Source: Promethearchaeota archaeon (GTDB lineage: Archaea > Asgardarchaeota > Lokiarchaeia > Sigyniarchaeales > SOKP01). From it: 64,000 bases of DNA. Shown here in pieces: positions 10,209 to 20,195 of this stretch. Made by a program: the position numbers and the translations under genes. Location of the stretch: positions 44,172 to 108,171 of the forward strand of contig JAFGGO010000061.1 of the NCBI GenBank assembly GCA_016930515.1, given 5' to 3'. Numbering within the stretch: the first letter of the stretch is position 1; every line of letters starts with the position of its first letter. The notes under the pieces are model-generated. The model worked only from the letters and a program-made list of their open reading frames with translations. It was not told the origin of the DNA and did no database searches.

Positions 10209-11352
10209 TACTCTAGAAAAATTATTAGATACTTCAAAGCGAAAAGACCTTTTTGACGAAATTTTAAATAAGTTGCAAGATTTAGATGGAACTAACGGAT
10301 TTACTTGCGAACTTCACAAAATATCTGAAGGAACGATACCTGTCGTATATTTCAACAAGCAACATAATACCAACGAGGTCCAATCGCTTAAGATCTTTAT
10401 TGGTGCCCAACACAACGAATATAACGGATTATTTGGGATCTTGAATGTTTTAGATTTATTAAAAAACGAAGAGATCTCACATAGACCAATAATTAATAAA
10501 AGGCAAATTCTTGCGTTTTTTCCTATCATGAATCCTTATGGCTTTCTCAATCCCCGAAAAGATAACAAATCAGGATATTTTTTAAAAAACGGTTCGAATT
10601 TGAACAGGTTTTGGCGTAGAACCTTCGTTCCAGGATTTGAAGGAAACGAAGCAGATCTTATTGATCATCCAATACCAGAACACGCCATCCTTTTAAAAAA
10701 ATTAATCAAACCTTATTGGGACAACGAGAAAATTGCCATTTATATTATAGATTTTCACGAGACCTCCCTCTTAGAGAGGTTTCCTAAAGAACTTAGCATG
10801 AATTTAAGCCCATATTATAAGTTCGATCATTGGTTAAAGGAATCTATCGTTGAAAATGTGATGAGATTATACGATATTAAGAGTTTTCGAGAACCATTAT
10901 TCTTCAAGTGTAATAATTCGGCAGATCACAATCATTTGAACTTGTCGTTCAAGCAAGTGGAAAAGGTTCGCGAAAAATTATTCGAATTTATGGCTGAAAA
11001 TCGTAGGAAATTACCCTTTTATCTCGTGCACAGCAAAAAAAGCAAGGAACCATGCACACAACTAAGTATACGAGTTTTAGAAAAATTAGGAAATATCTTG
11101 TGGAAGACGGCAATTGCCGTTCACGATCACGAGTTTCACGACCACGGTTGCTTGGTAAGAATGAACGATGTTGCGAAACGAGAAAATTTATTTTGCGTGG
11201 AATTGGAAAACCAAAAGCAATTTTTCGACTTGTTTGAAGAAAAAATGAAATCAACGGCAGATTCGGAATATTTTCAAAATAAGTTAGAAACGGTCAACAA
11301 GACGATCGAGTTGATAAAGGAAACGATAATCGAGACGATTAGATTGCCCTAA
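10189..11352 (+). CDS. M14-like Zn carboxypeptidase (AstE/AspA-like)
   Basis: GAQHNE, PIMNPYG, NLNRFW, IIDFHE and late VELE; overlaps the upstream gene. Confidence 0.72.
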   Translation: MVKMNVSTLEKLLDTSKRKDLFDEILNKLQDLDGTNGFTCELHKISEGTIPVVYFNKQHNTNEVQSLKIFIGAQHNEYNGLFGILNVLDLLKNEEISHRPIINKRQILAFFPIMNPYGFLNPRKDNKSGYFLKNGSNLNRFWRRTFVPGFEGNEADLIDHPIPEHAILLKKLIKPYWDNEKIAIYIIDFHETSLLERFPKELSMNLSPYYKFDHWLKESIVENVMRLYDIKSFREPLFFKCNNSADHNHLNLSFKQVEKVREKLFEFMAENRRKLPFYLVHSKKSKEPCTQLSIRVLEKLGNILWKTAIAVHDHEFHDHGCLVRMNDVAKRENLFCVELENQKQFFDLFEEKMKSTADSEYFQNKLETVNKTIELIKETIIETIRLP

Positions 11353-11372
11353 AAAAACGCCTAGGAGTTATC

Positions 11373-12371
11373 TCAGGCGTTTAAGAATCTAAGGGAGGCC
11401 CCAACAAGCGACACTTCGCTCTTTTTCAATGAATGACCTCCTTTTTTAAACACAACAACCTGATCTTCGCTAAGGTCTAATGCTTTCATGTTTTCCTCTA
11501 AATTCTTAAATTTGATGACTTTATCGTTTTTAGCATGGATTAAAAGCACTTTTTTTTTAAACTCGAACCACTCTTGTTCAGAAAGACGGTTTTTTACCGA
11601 TTTGAAGACCAGACAAGGCGATAATTTCTCGTTTTTTTCATTGCTGGGGTGGATGCTCACGCCTTTCAGTAAGTATCGTAGCACGACTACCAGATTGTGT
11701 TTGGCAGAGTTTTTCTTAAAATTAGAAAAAGAGGAAATCGCAATGATTTTTTCGACGTCTTTCCTGGGAAATCCCCCGCACAAGGCGGCCATAGCCCCAA
11801 TACTCACGCCAGCAGCGTAGACTTTCATTCGATTTAAATCCCTGTTTTGCTTGATCCAATCCACGATTGTTCCAAAATCCTCAATTCGCTCGATAAATTG
11901 TCCCCTTCTCCCTGCTTTTTTTGACTTGCCAGAACCTCTTGCGTCGTAAGTCAAAATCGTATATCCTTGAAGGGCGAGCGGTAAGAAATAATATTGAAGC
12001 GTTTCTTTCGTATCTGAAAACCCGTGACAAACGATTAGAATCGCATCTTTTGGCTTGATAAGGTCTTGATTTTTGGGTCTTACGATATCAGCAGCTATGT
12101 ATTTTCCTGGCTGAATTTCTATGTATTCCTCGCTTATATCAAGATACCGAGACTTTAATCGCTTCCACCGGTCAAACCACATGTCTCGAAAAGTCCAATA
12201 TATTTCGAACGGGGTGTAAATAATTAAAAATGTCGTGGTTGACAAGGATAAGCAAGTTTTAAAGGTGTTACCCCAACTGGCGTTCACATCCCAGATATAA
12301 GCGGAGACGATGATGGCCACGGTCGCCACTGCAAGCCTTTTTGGTAATTTTTTCTTGAAATTTTCAAGCAT
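11373..12371 (-). CDS. membrane-anchored alpha/beta hydrolase
   Basis: Two N-terminal hydrophobic segments; HGF, YDARGSG, GVSIG nucleophile, D and GGH. Confidence 0.88.
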   Translation of the reverse strand: MLENFKKKLPKRLAVATVAIIVSAYIWDVNASWGNTFKTCLSLSTTTFLIIYTPFEIYWTFRDMWFDRWKRLKSRYLDISEEYIEIQPGKYIAADIVRPKNQDLIKPKDAILIVCHGFSDTKETLQYYFLPLALQGYTILTYDARGSGKSKKAGRRGQFIERIEDFGTIVDWIKQNRDLNRMKVYAAGVSIGAMAALCGGFPRKDVEKIIAISSFSNFKKNSAKHNLVVVLRYLLKGVSIHPSNEKNEKLSPCLVFKSVKNRLSEQEWFEFKKKVLLIHAKNDKVIKFKNLEENMKALDLSEDQVVVFKKGGHSLKKSEVSLVGASLRFLNA

Positions 12372-12642
12372 CTTAATTAATCTATTGATAGTGTCTTAAA
12401 AGCTAAGATGGATAAAATAAAAAAGCGAGGATTAAATTAAAACCTAAGGAATTATAAACTTTTATTCGTATTGAAATAATCATATATTAATATCGTTTAG
12501 TATCTGGATTATTTTCAGGCAAATAATCGGGTTTATAAAAAATGGAAAAATCTAAATTTCAAGCACCATTTTTTCACCTAAAATACCATTTTCACCAGTA
12601 TTTTACCACTTATTTATAAACGCACGAAGGTGAGTTGATTCA

Positions 12643-13008
12643 ATGGCAAAGAAAAAGAAAGTTATGCCCGAACCCGAAGACGATGAGGTTCCTGACGGAG
12701 TTGTTGACGAGGACGGTGACGAAGTCTTAGATTTGGATGCGGAAAAGGACGATGACCTTTACGACGATATCGAATACGACCTGAGCCAGATTGAGGATGA
12801 CATGTTAGCCGACGAGAATGAGGACGAGGAATTTGGCCCCGAGATTGACGATGTTATCAAAATGCTTAGAGCTGTCAAATGCGCGCCATGTCCTGGAAGC
12901 AAATCCAAGGTAGAATGTCAAATACGACACGATTACGGCTGCCCGCCCGACAAAGCGGAAAAGTTCGTCCCGAAGACCGAGGCTGAGAGAAGAAAAAAAG
13001 TAAAATAA
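12643..13008 (+). CDS. acidic hypothetical protein with C-terminal 4-Cys motif
   Basis: AGGTGA SD-like site upstream; GC-richer codons; D/E tract followed by C-x2-C-x8-C-x7-C. Confidence 0.75.
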   Translation: MAKKKKVMPEPEDDEVPDGVVDEDGDEVLDLDAEKDDDLYDDIEYDLSQIEDDMLADENEDEEFGPEIDDVIKMLRAVKCAPCPGSKSKVECQIRHDYGCPPDKAEKFVPKTEAERRKKVK

Positions 13009-13340
13009 CGATCCATCGCTACAACACCCAAGAAAAAATCGATAACTATCCTTTATTTATCTTTTTTTCACAATGATAATCATAATAAACAGATTATATA
13101 ATAATATGGGATTAATATATAAAAGTATGAGGAAGAACTATCATTTCCTTTGTTAACTTTTTCTCTTTTTTGACTTGAATGTGGAGTTTTTAAAGATAAT
13201 TCGAAATGAAGTTATTCTATATTATGAACTTACTACAAAAGTCCAGAGAATTGAGAAACTCAAAAATGGAAACCGATATTAAAATTAAGAAATTGGGCTT
13301 AGAAAGCATTAATCAGACCAATTGCTCCAGATAATTAATA

Positions 13341-14345
13341 TTAGTATTCTATTAGGTTCTGAATCATCCTTGTAATGCCTATGTCAAAAAAGTTAGTAAA
13401 TGCGTTAAGGTAATATTTGACAATGTTTCTAAATTGTAATTCTGGTGCAAGTTGCTCATCGTGTTCAATCGATTCAAGTTCTTGGTTTAATTCAGATAGG
13501 AACACCTGAAATTTCGAAACCGTTTCTTCGTTAATATTATCAAAATTCTTGATGAGGTTTTGCAATAGGTTTGGAATCTTGATTAGCAACGAGGAATACT
13601 TATTGACGGTTTCAGAAGGTAACTTAAGGAAGCGAAAAGCCTCATTGATGAAATCACGGATGTAGAGTAGCACGACGCGGTTTCCTAAGAATCGAATGAT
13701 AGGCAAGTTCCGATATCCTTTAGAAAGGTGATATCCCGAAAGACCCGTGATCAAAATCCTCGTTCCCAAGGAATATTTGCGATCAATTTCGGCCATAATA
13801 AGTTCGTAATTCGCTATTTCTATTTTTGCACCTTTTTTTTTCGATGATTCTATTATAGATTCAATAATTGTTTTAAACACCATAGCAAGGTCTTTCAACA
13901 CATCTATTAAATCTGTTTTTGAAGTGTCTAATAGGAAAATAATGTAAAATTCGTTACTTTCGACGATGTCCTTGAAATCTATCGCAATGATTTCTTGCCT
14001 TAATTTTATGAGCAATTCGTACAATTTTTGCTTAATATTCTGGTTATATTTTATATAAATTTCGTCTACATTGAGTTTAAAAGCAGAAATAATTGCCTGG
14101 TTTAGTAATGCTAAAGTCCATTCTTTTCCCGATTTTACGGGGTTAATTCTCAAGACGCGCTTTTGTTCGTCTTCTCGAGTAGCAATGATTATATTTCTAT
14201 CGTTGATAGGATACATGATAACTTCAGATTTCTCTTTTAAATCTGCGGCTTCGGCCCATTCTTGAGGAAAAGTCACTGCCTTGGAGTTTCCAAGCTTTAT
14301 TATATTTCGAACATACTTGTCTTTAAAACCACTCATTTTATTCAC
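13341..14345 (-). CDS. AbrB-domain / PhoU-like regulator
   Basis: RNIIKLGNSKAVTFPQEWA AbrB motif; IISAFKLNVDEIYI matches the archaeal phosphate-uptake regulator architecture. Confidence 0.72.
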   Translation of the reverse strand: MNKMSGFKDKYVRNIIKLGNSKAVTFPQEWAEAADLKEKSEVIMYPINDRNIIIATREDEQKRVLRINPVKSGKEWTLALLNQAIISAFKLNVDEIYIKYNQNIKQKLYELLIKLRQEIIAIDFKDIVESNEFYIIFLLDTSKTDLIDVLKDLAMVFKTIIESIIESSKKKGAKIEIANYELIMAEIDRKYSLGTRILITGLSGYHLSKGYRNLPIIRFLGNRVVLLYIRDFINEAFRFLKLPSETVNKYSSLLIKIPNLLQNLIKNFDNINEETVSKFQVFLSELNQELESIEHDEQLAPELQFRNIVKYYLNAFTNFFDIGITRMIQNLIEY

Positions 14346-14403
14346 TCGACTTAATTCTTGTATAAAAGTTATATTTTTATATATGATCAGAATATAGTTA
14401 TAT

Positions 14404-16443
14404 TTAATAATTTTTCGCTAATAATTTCATTTCACTTCCTATTTGTTTGGTATTCAAACAATTATAAGTCGTTCTGATTTGATCGAGAAGGTTGTATAAC
14501 TTACGAGATTCAATGCTTTTAAAACAATCAAATTCAAACCTATTAACGAAAAAATTAAACTTAATATCGGGGAGAGTATTTCCAGAAGCAAAAACTCTTT
14601 TTAACTCAGTATATTCGTCGTTAAAATCTTCTTGGAAATAAAGCATGTAAACTAACGAATCGGCCAATCTCTTGAAAAATATCTTGTAATCACCTAACTT
14701 TGGTTTGAAAACATCGAGAGATAGAGAGGGAGTAGTTAACGGTTTTAAATCGTACTCTAATTGAGAAAGGAATTGAAGTATTTTCCCCAAACGAGAAAGA
14801 GAAATTGGAAAATCGAAAGGTAATGGTAAATGTTTTATGAAACTACCGTTATAGCGCATATATCCCCCCGACATGTGTAAAGTCCCATAAAGTGCGTTAT
14901 ACAATTCATTCATTAGAGTAGAATTTAGTATTGTTAATAAGCTGAATAATTGATCATTGCTTAGGCTCGGAACTAACAAGAAATATAGCCCCGTAACATT
15001 AGTGAATATTCCGGGGTCGTAAACAAAAGTCAATTCTCGGGCGATTTCCCTGAAAACGAGCTTTTTTTGTGCCATTTCTTGCCAAATATCTTCAAATTTA
15101 TTCTCAAATCGGTAATAGCTCGGAATTAATTCTTTTCGCGCTATGCGTATCTTCTTGTCAAACACGAAGTGATATTTTCCAACATTTCCTGTCCCCAACA
15201 ATATCATGTCTTTTGGCGAACTCTTATTTTCAGCGATATTATCAAGATTTTTAGACCAGTTTAAGAATCCAAAAGGTCTATATATTATCTTTAAATCCGG
15301 GAAAATTTCATTCAAAGAATTATATTTCGAGAATACCTGTTCAACCATGGAAAGATTTCCAGAAATCGGAAATACCCATTTAGGTAACTTTTTAATCAAA
15401 CCAATATCAACCATCTTTATATTGCTCCCATTTTCGTGGTCAAATTGTAGTAAAGAATCATAGTTACATAATTTCACTGAGTAGTTTTGATGTGAAGCGG
15501 TGTTTTTTAAATATAATATTATTGGATAAGCGGCCTTTTTTCCAAAAACGCCCAACGAGGAGATATTAGCGATTTCTTCCACTTGAACATTTTTTAATAT
15601 AAATTCTCGTATTCTAACACCATAGTCAGCAGAAAGAAACTTATTTGGTAATATATAACTAACGAATCCTTCCCTTTTTACTATCAATAATGCCTTTTCG
15701 ATAAATAAGACGGATAGATCAAATAATTTATAGGCGGAACGATAAAGCTTGCTCAATTGTTTTTTGTATTGGAAGTTCTTATTTTTTTTATTTTCGATAT
15801 AGGGCGGATTGCCAATAATGATGTCAAATTTTTTATCGTTTTTAAATTCCGTGAGAAAATCGAACTCATAAATGTTTAAGTGAATTCCGATTATTTTTAG
15901 GATTTTTTCAGCTGAAATGGTATCAGAATTGATAAATTCAAGCTCTCGAGGGATTTCTGCACTATCAGATAAATACCAACAAATCAATCGCAATCGAGCG
16001 ATACTAGCGGTTTCTTTATCAATTTCGACTCCAAAAAGAGATTTTTCGAGGATATCTTTTTTCAATTCGGACTCTGATCGATCAGAACTTATTAATTTGA
16101 ACATGATTAGTAACAAATTCGCAGTAGCGATCAGGAATCTCCCTGTCCCGCAGGAGGGATCCAAAATCGTGATATTTTCTATTTTATTTAATAAAAATTC
16201 GTTTAGGTGGGTTTTGTTGATTATTTCTTCAAGGGGAGCAACTGAGTAAGGAATTCCTATATAGGACAATAACACTTTATTAACCATCTTTTCGACAATA
16301 ATCCTTGGAGTGTAGGCTATTCCACTTTCTTGGGCTTTAATTTTGTTATGTTCGCTTAACTGACGATTTTCAAACTCTTCGATTAATCCCATAATCTTTT
16401 GTTTAAGTAGGGTTTTTTTATTGGTTGTCATGATATCGTTCAT
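14404..16443 (-). CDS. N6-adenine DNA methyltransferase (TaqI/Eco57I-like) with TRD
   Basis: YTP, ILDPSCGTGRFL, GVEID, FDIIIGNPPY and LNS..M...Y motifs. Confidence 0.88.
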   Translation of the reverse strand: MNDIMTTNKKTLLKQKIMGLIEEFENRQLSEHNKIKAQESGIAYTPRIIVEKMVNKVLLSYIGIPYSVAPLEEIINKTHLNEFLLNKIENITILDPSCGTGRFLIATANLLLIMFKLISSDRSESELKKDILEKSLFGVEIDKETASIARLRLICWYLSDSAEIPRELEFINSDTISAEKILKIIGIHLNIYEFDFLTEFKNDKKFDIIIGNPPYIENKKNKNFQYKKQLSKLYRSAYKLFDLSVLFIEKALLIVKREGFVSYILPNKFLSADYGVRIREFILKNVQVEEIANISSLGVFGKKAAYPIILYLKNTASHQNYSVKLCNYDSLLQFDHENGSNIKMVDIGLIKKLPKWVFPISGNLSMVEQVFSKYNSLNEIFPDLKIIYRPFGFLNWSKNLDNIAENKSSPKDMILLGTGNVGKYHFVFDKKIRIARKELIPSYYRFENKFEDIWQEMAQKKLVFREIARELTFVYDPGIFTNVTGLYFLLVPSLSNDQLFSLLTILNSTLMNELYNALYGTLHMSGGYMRYNGSFIKHLPLPFDFPISLSRLGKILQFLSQLEYDLKPLTTPSLSLDVFKPKLGDYKIFFKRLADSLVYMLYFQEDFNDEYTELKRVFASGNTLPDIKFNFFVNRFEFDCFKSIESRKLYNLLDQIRTTYNCLNTKQIGSEMKLLAKNY

Positions 16444-16570
16444 CTTGCTTGGAAATGAATTCGTCCTTTACATATTATTGATATATTTAATAATACCTCG
16501 TGTAAGGGTTTAAAAGAATAACTATCATATTTGTGCACAAGTAGAACAAACGCAATGTTATTTATAAGTC

Positions 16571-17479
16571 ATGACATTATCGAATGCTTATTTAGAGCGA
16601 TTGTTAAAGGATCCGAAGACTATATCAAAAATAAGTTTTGACGAGCTTTCTGAAATTTTAAACGCAATGAAAATACTATTGGATAAGGAATTTCTATTGG
16701 TGGAACTAACACAGTCGGATCAAGAAAAAGAAGTCATCATCGTTGGAGACCTTCACGGAAATTTAGAATCCTTGCAAAAAATACTCGATCATATTAAGGA
16801 TCGAAAACCCGAGTTTATTGTTTTCTTGGGTGATATCGTCGATCGTGGTCGCTTTCAATTGGAGTGCTTGGTCCTAATATGTTGCTTGAAAATAATAGAT
16901 CCAAATCGGTATTATATATTGAGAGGGAACCACGAAGAAGGTGATGTTAACAAGAGATACGGATTTTACGATGTCTTCGTAAGAAAATTTAAAGACTCTA
17001 AAAAATTCGAGGAAATAGAGAACTTATACAACAGCCTTCCTGCGTGCCTGGTTCTTAACGATGATATATTGTGCCTTCACGGGGGAATTCCTTCAAACAT
17101 TCAAGCATTAGAAAAGCTCAAGAATACAAGGTTGAGCGACCTTATCGGCAAAGAACTCATTGAGTATAACCAGATACTTTACGAAATCTTTTGGAACGAT
17201 CCAAAAAATCACATTGAGGGATTTAAGCCAAGTTATCGAGGAGAAGGTATAAAATTTTTTGGAAGGGACGCGTTCGATAAATTTTTGAATTACAACCACT
17301 TGAATAGGCTTGTGAGATCTCACGAGTGCTTCACGGAAGGATATAAATGGTACTTTCACCGACGACTGTTATCCATTTTCTCTTCCTTTGATTATAGTGG
17401 CGCACAAATCCCCAATCCTGCTAGTATTGCGTGGCTCAAGGATGGAGAGCTTGGAGTGAAAATATTTTACGGATCTTAA
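16571..17479 (+). CDS. PPP-family Ser/Thr protein phosphatase
   Basis: GDLHG, GDIVDRG, RGNHE, HGG, WNDP, RSHE and SIFSS..Y motifs. Confidence 0.93.
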   Translation: MTLSNAYLERLLKDPKTISKISFDELSEILNAMKILLDKEFLLVELTQSDQEKEVIIVGDLHGNLESLQKILDHIKDRKPEFIVFLGDIVDRGRFQLECLVLICCLKIIDPNRYYILRGNHEEGDVNKRYGFYDVFVRKFKDSKKFEEIENLYNSLPACLVLNDDILCLHGGIPSNIQALEKLKNTRLSDLIGKELIEYNQILYEIFWNDPKNHIEGFKPSYRGEGIKFFGRDAFDKFLNYNHLNRLVRSHECFTEGYKWYFHRRLLSIFSSFDYSGAQIPNPASIAWLKDGELGVKIFYGS

Positions 17480-17490
17480 AAGATAGAAAA

Positions 17491-17826
17491 TTAATAAAAT
17501 GCGTGAGTGCGTATTAATTCTTCAGAAGGATAATACGCATAAGCTTTTAGTTGTTTACCAGATGTAGTAATTACATCAACAACAATTCGATAATACAACT
17601 CTCCTTCCATCGAATCAATTCGAGCTAAAACCGATTCCGATAGATTGAAATATACTTCTCCGTTAACAGTCATTCCCTTCTTTTTTACGATGAGGGGATA
17701 TTCCAAAGAGATTGGTTCTATTTTTTCATAACCTTGAATTTGACCTCGTTCAAACGGAAGTCCTTTAAGTACACGGTTTCGGCTTTTCCCGCTTTGTAAG
17801 GTTCCATATACAAATAAATTATTCAT
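17491..17826 (-). CDS. gamma-glutamylcyclotransferase (AIG2-like)
   Basis: LFVYGTL, V.GEVY, D.MEG..Y.R and AYAY motifs. Confidence 0.9.
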   Translation of the reverse strand: MNNLFVYGTLQSGKSRNRVLKGLPFERGQIQGYEKIEPISLEYPLIVKKKGMTVNGEVYFNLSESVLARIDSMEGELYYRIVVDVITTSGKQLKAYAYYPSEELIRTHAFY

Positions 17827-18115
17827 AAACAACCACTATATTTTTTTAATTTCGAGGATTTTTAATTTGAAGTTAAAAACGAAATAATCGTTAAACTATT
17901 TTTAGTTACAAAAAGATTAACTACTATTTAAAGTAGTAAATGTGTATGTTGAGATTTAGCAGTAATACTCATAAATACAGGAATCCTCTCCAATAATAAC
18001 AAGTATATTTTTATTAGGAAAAAGGCAAGTCAAATTAGATGGCATACAACAGAACGAAATGTGAAAATGGAAATGATATATCTTAATTCAAACAAGCGCT
18101 GAAATTTACCTGCAA

Positions 18116-18376
18116 TTACATAATTTCTGATGCATCAGGCTTGATAAACAGTAAGTTATTTCCTCGAATGAAGATTTCGTTGTATTTTGCAACGGGGGAA
18201 CCGTCCATAATTTCCGTGGCGTCTTCTAATATCATATTCATATATGCATCAATTTCCTTCAACATACCCCGATATTCCGTGCCGTCTTTTAATCGGAGTA
18301 AAATCTCAGAGTTCTGAGCGTTCTGTAAAATGGTTAGGGGATTCTTCAATCTCGGCTGATTTTCGTTTTTAGACAA
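18116..18376 (-). CDS. Sm/Lsm protein (SmAP)
   Basis: PL..L, LKDG.EYRG.L..ID.YMNMIL and IFIRGNN; TTG start. Confidence 0.95.
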   Translation of the reverse strand: MSKNENQPRLKNPLTILQNAQNSEILLRLKDGTEYRGMLKEIDAYMNMILEDATEIMDGSPVAKYNEIFIRGNNLLFIKPDASEIM

Positions 18377-18518
18377 TTTCTTTACCTTTCGAGAATAAAT
18401 TTAACTTCAATAATAATGTAATAAGATAAAAATTAGTTTTTAGAATTAAAACTCTTCGGTTTAATCGGAAGGTTTAAAAAAATTTAAATTGCTTTTAAGT
18501 TTTGATAGTATCGTGAGA

Positions 18519-19100
18519 ATGGAGCTCGACAAGAAGAAAGATATCATCGATAAGTACAACTCGACATCTTATTTTTACGACAAGAGATATTCAAACATTC
18601 AACTTGAAAAGTATAAACTCGCTTTAAACGACCAATCGTTCTCCAACAAGGTTATATTCGACGCGGGATGCGGTACCGGACTGCTTTGGGAATTAGCACG
18701 GGTTTTAGAAGGCAAGCACCAAGATGCAACCTATCATTTCGTTGGAAGCGACATTTCTTGGGAAATGCTTAATGTGTTTCTCTTGAAAACAAAAAACCAA
18801 GAAATCTGCATTAAGAGGGCGATTCATTTAGTTCTTTCAGATATGGAAAAACTTCCTTTTAGGGATGAATCTTTCGAAGCTTTTTTTTCCTTCACATCTC
18901 TCCAAAATTTACATGATATGAAGCAAGGCGTGAAAGAGTGCCTAAGAACTTCCGGAACGGGTACTAGAGTTATATTTTCAATATTAAAAAAGAAGAAAGG
19001 GTTTAATGATCTGCTCACCCTATTTAAGACAAAGATGAATGATTTAGAAATCCTCGATAATCACAATTTAGAAGACGCAATCGTTAGGTTTTATTTGTAA
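18519..19100 (+). CDS. class I SAM methyltransferase (possibly Bud23-like)
   Basis: DAGCGTG, GSDIS.EML and DMEKLPFR motifs; 3' end overlaps the convergent rio2. Confidence 0.85.
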   Translation: MELDKKKDIIDKYNSTSYFYDKRYSNIQLEKYKLALNDQSFSNKVIFDAGCGTGLLWELARVLEGKHQDATYHFVGSDISWEMLNVFLLKTKNQEICIKRAIHLVLSDMEKLPFRDESFEAFFSFTSLQNLHDMKQGVKECLRTSGTGTRVIFSILKKKKGFNDLLTLFKTKMNDLEILDNHNLEDAIVRFYL

Positions 19101-19968
19101 AAAAAGATTTAACGATATCGTCAGGATTACTAATAATCCTATACTTTTTTCTAAAAAAATTACACAAATTTTGGATATCCCTTAATAAAAGTAATCGAGC
19201 GTTAGGATGATCGCTCGGAACGGATTGTAACCAATCAATGATCAGGATGTTCCCCTGTTGATCGAGAACGATGTTAAATTCTCCTAAATCTCCGTGAATT
19301 AGGTTTCCTTTTTGATAAATATGCTTTATCTGGGAAATAATCTTATCAAATATATAACGAGGATCGTCAATATCGCTATAATACACTAATTCCTTACCGC
19401 GCAAATATTCCATAACAACCGCGTGCCTGTTGTATCCAATTGGTTTGGGCGTGTTAAGATTTAATTCATAAATGCTCCTAAGAGCTTCGTATTCTTTTTT
19501 TGCAGCAAGACGATTAACATAGAGCCAGGACATGTGAGTTCTTTCTCCAATCAAATCTCGTAATTTTTTTATGTTTTTGAAACTCGTGCGCCCCATACGG
19601 TACAACTTCAAGGCAAAAATGTTTTCTTTATCGTCCATGCAACTGAATACATCGGATTCTTTTCCCTTTCCAATGAGCGGACCTAATTGTGCGATTGTAC
19701 CTTTTTCGACCAACGCGCGTAATGCAAGGAGGTCATAAGCTTTTGAATTAAGGGTATATCCGAGATCGTGTTTTGACGAATTACGTATTATAAGATCGTA
19801 TTTATGTACCCTGTTTAATCGATATAATGTTTCTTCGATTGGGTACCTTGAATAAAACCTGATATCGTTAACTTTAACGAATTCAGATCTTTTCATCCCA
19901 ATTTCAATAGCCATTAAAATTCGTAAATCTTCTTTCTCTAATTTTGTGAGTAGTCTTGCCGCTTCCAC
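19084..19968 (-). CDS. rio2: RIO2 kinase/ATPase
   Basis: N-terminal wHTH (DLRILMAIE), GKGKESDV, GRTSF, HGDLGEFN and IIDW motifs. Confidence 0.95.
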   Translation of the reverse strand: MEAARLLTKLEKEDLRILMAIEIGMKRSEFVKVNDIRFYSRYPIEETLYRLNRVHKYDLIIRNSSKHDLGYTLNSKAYDLLALRALVEKGTIAQLGPLIGKGKESDVFSCMDDKENIFALKLYRMGRTSFKNIKKLRDLIGERTHMSWLYVNRLAAKKEYEALRSIYELNLNTPKPIGYNRHAVVMEYLRGKELVYYSDIDDPRYIFDKIISQIKHIYQKGNLIHGDLGEFNIVLDQQGNILIIDWLQSVPSDHPNARLLLLRDIQNLCNFFRKKYRIISNPDDIVKSFFTNKT

Positions 19969-20195
19969 ATTATAAGGACAGATTAGTCACATTTAACTTT
20001 TTTTAAAACGATTATCGATTCTTCTTATGATAGAATTACGAAAAGATGACATTGGAAACAAAAAGTCCATTTAACCTATTGATTAAATATTTTAAAAAGA
20101 GTAAACATAAAAATGTATTTTTTTATTATCTATGCGAGAAAATTTTTATGGCATTTAAGGTCTAAAATCGCACTCTTCCCCAGGAACTAAAAAAC

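Noticed and set aside
13069-13087. Fur-box-like 19-mer
   Set aside because: It lies between convergent gene ends, so there is no promoter to regulate; likely chance.
17833-18115. rpl37e expected downstream of Lsm
   Set aside because: No L37e-like reading frame was found.
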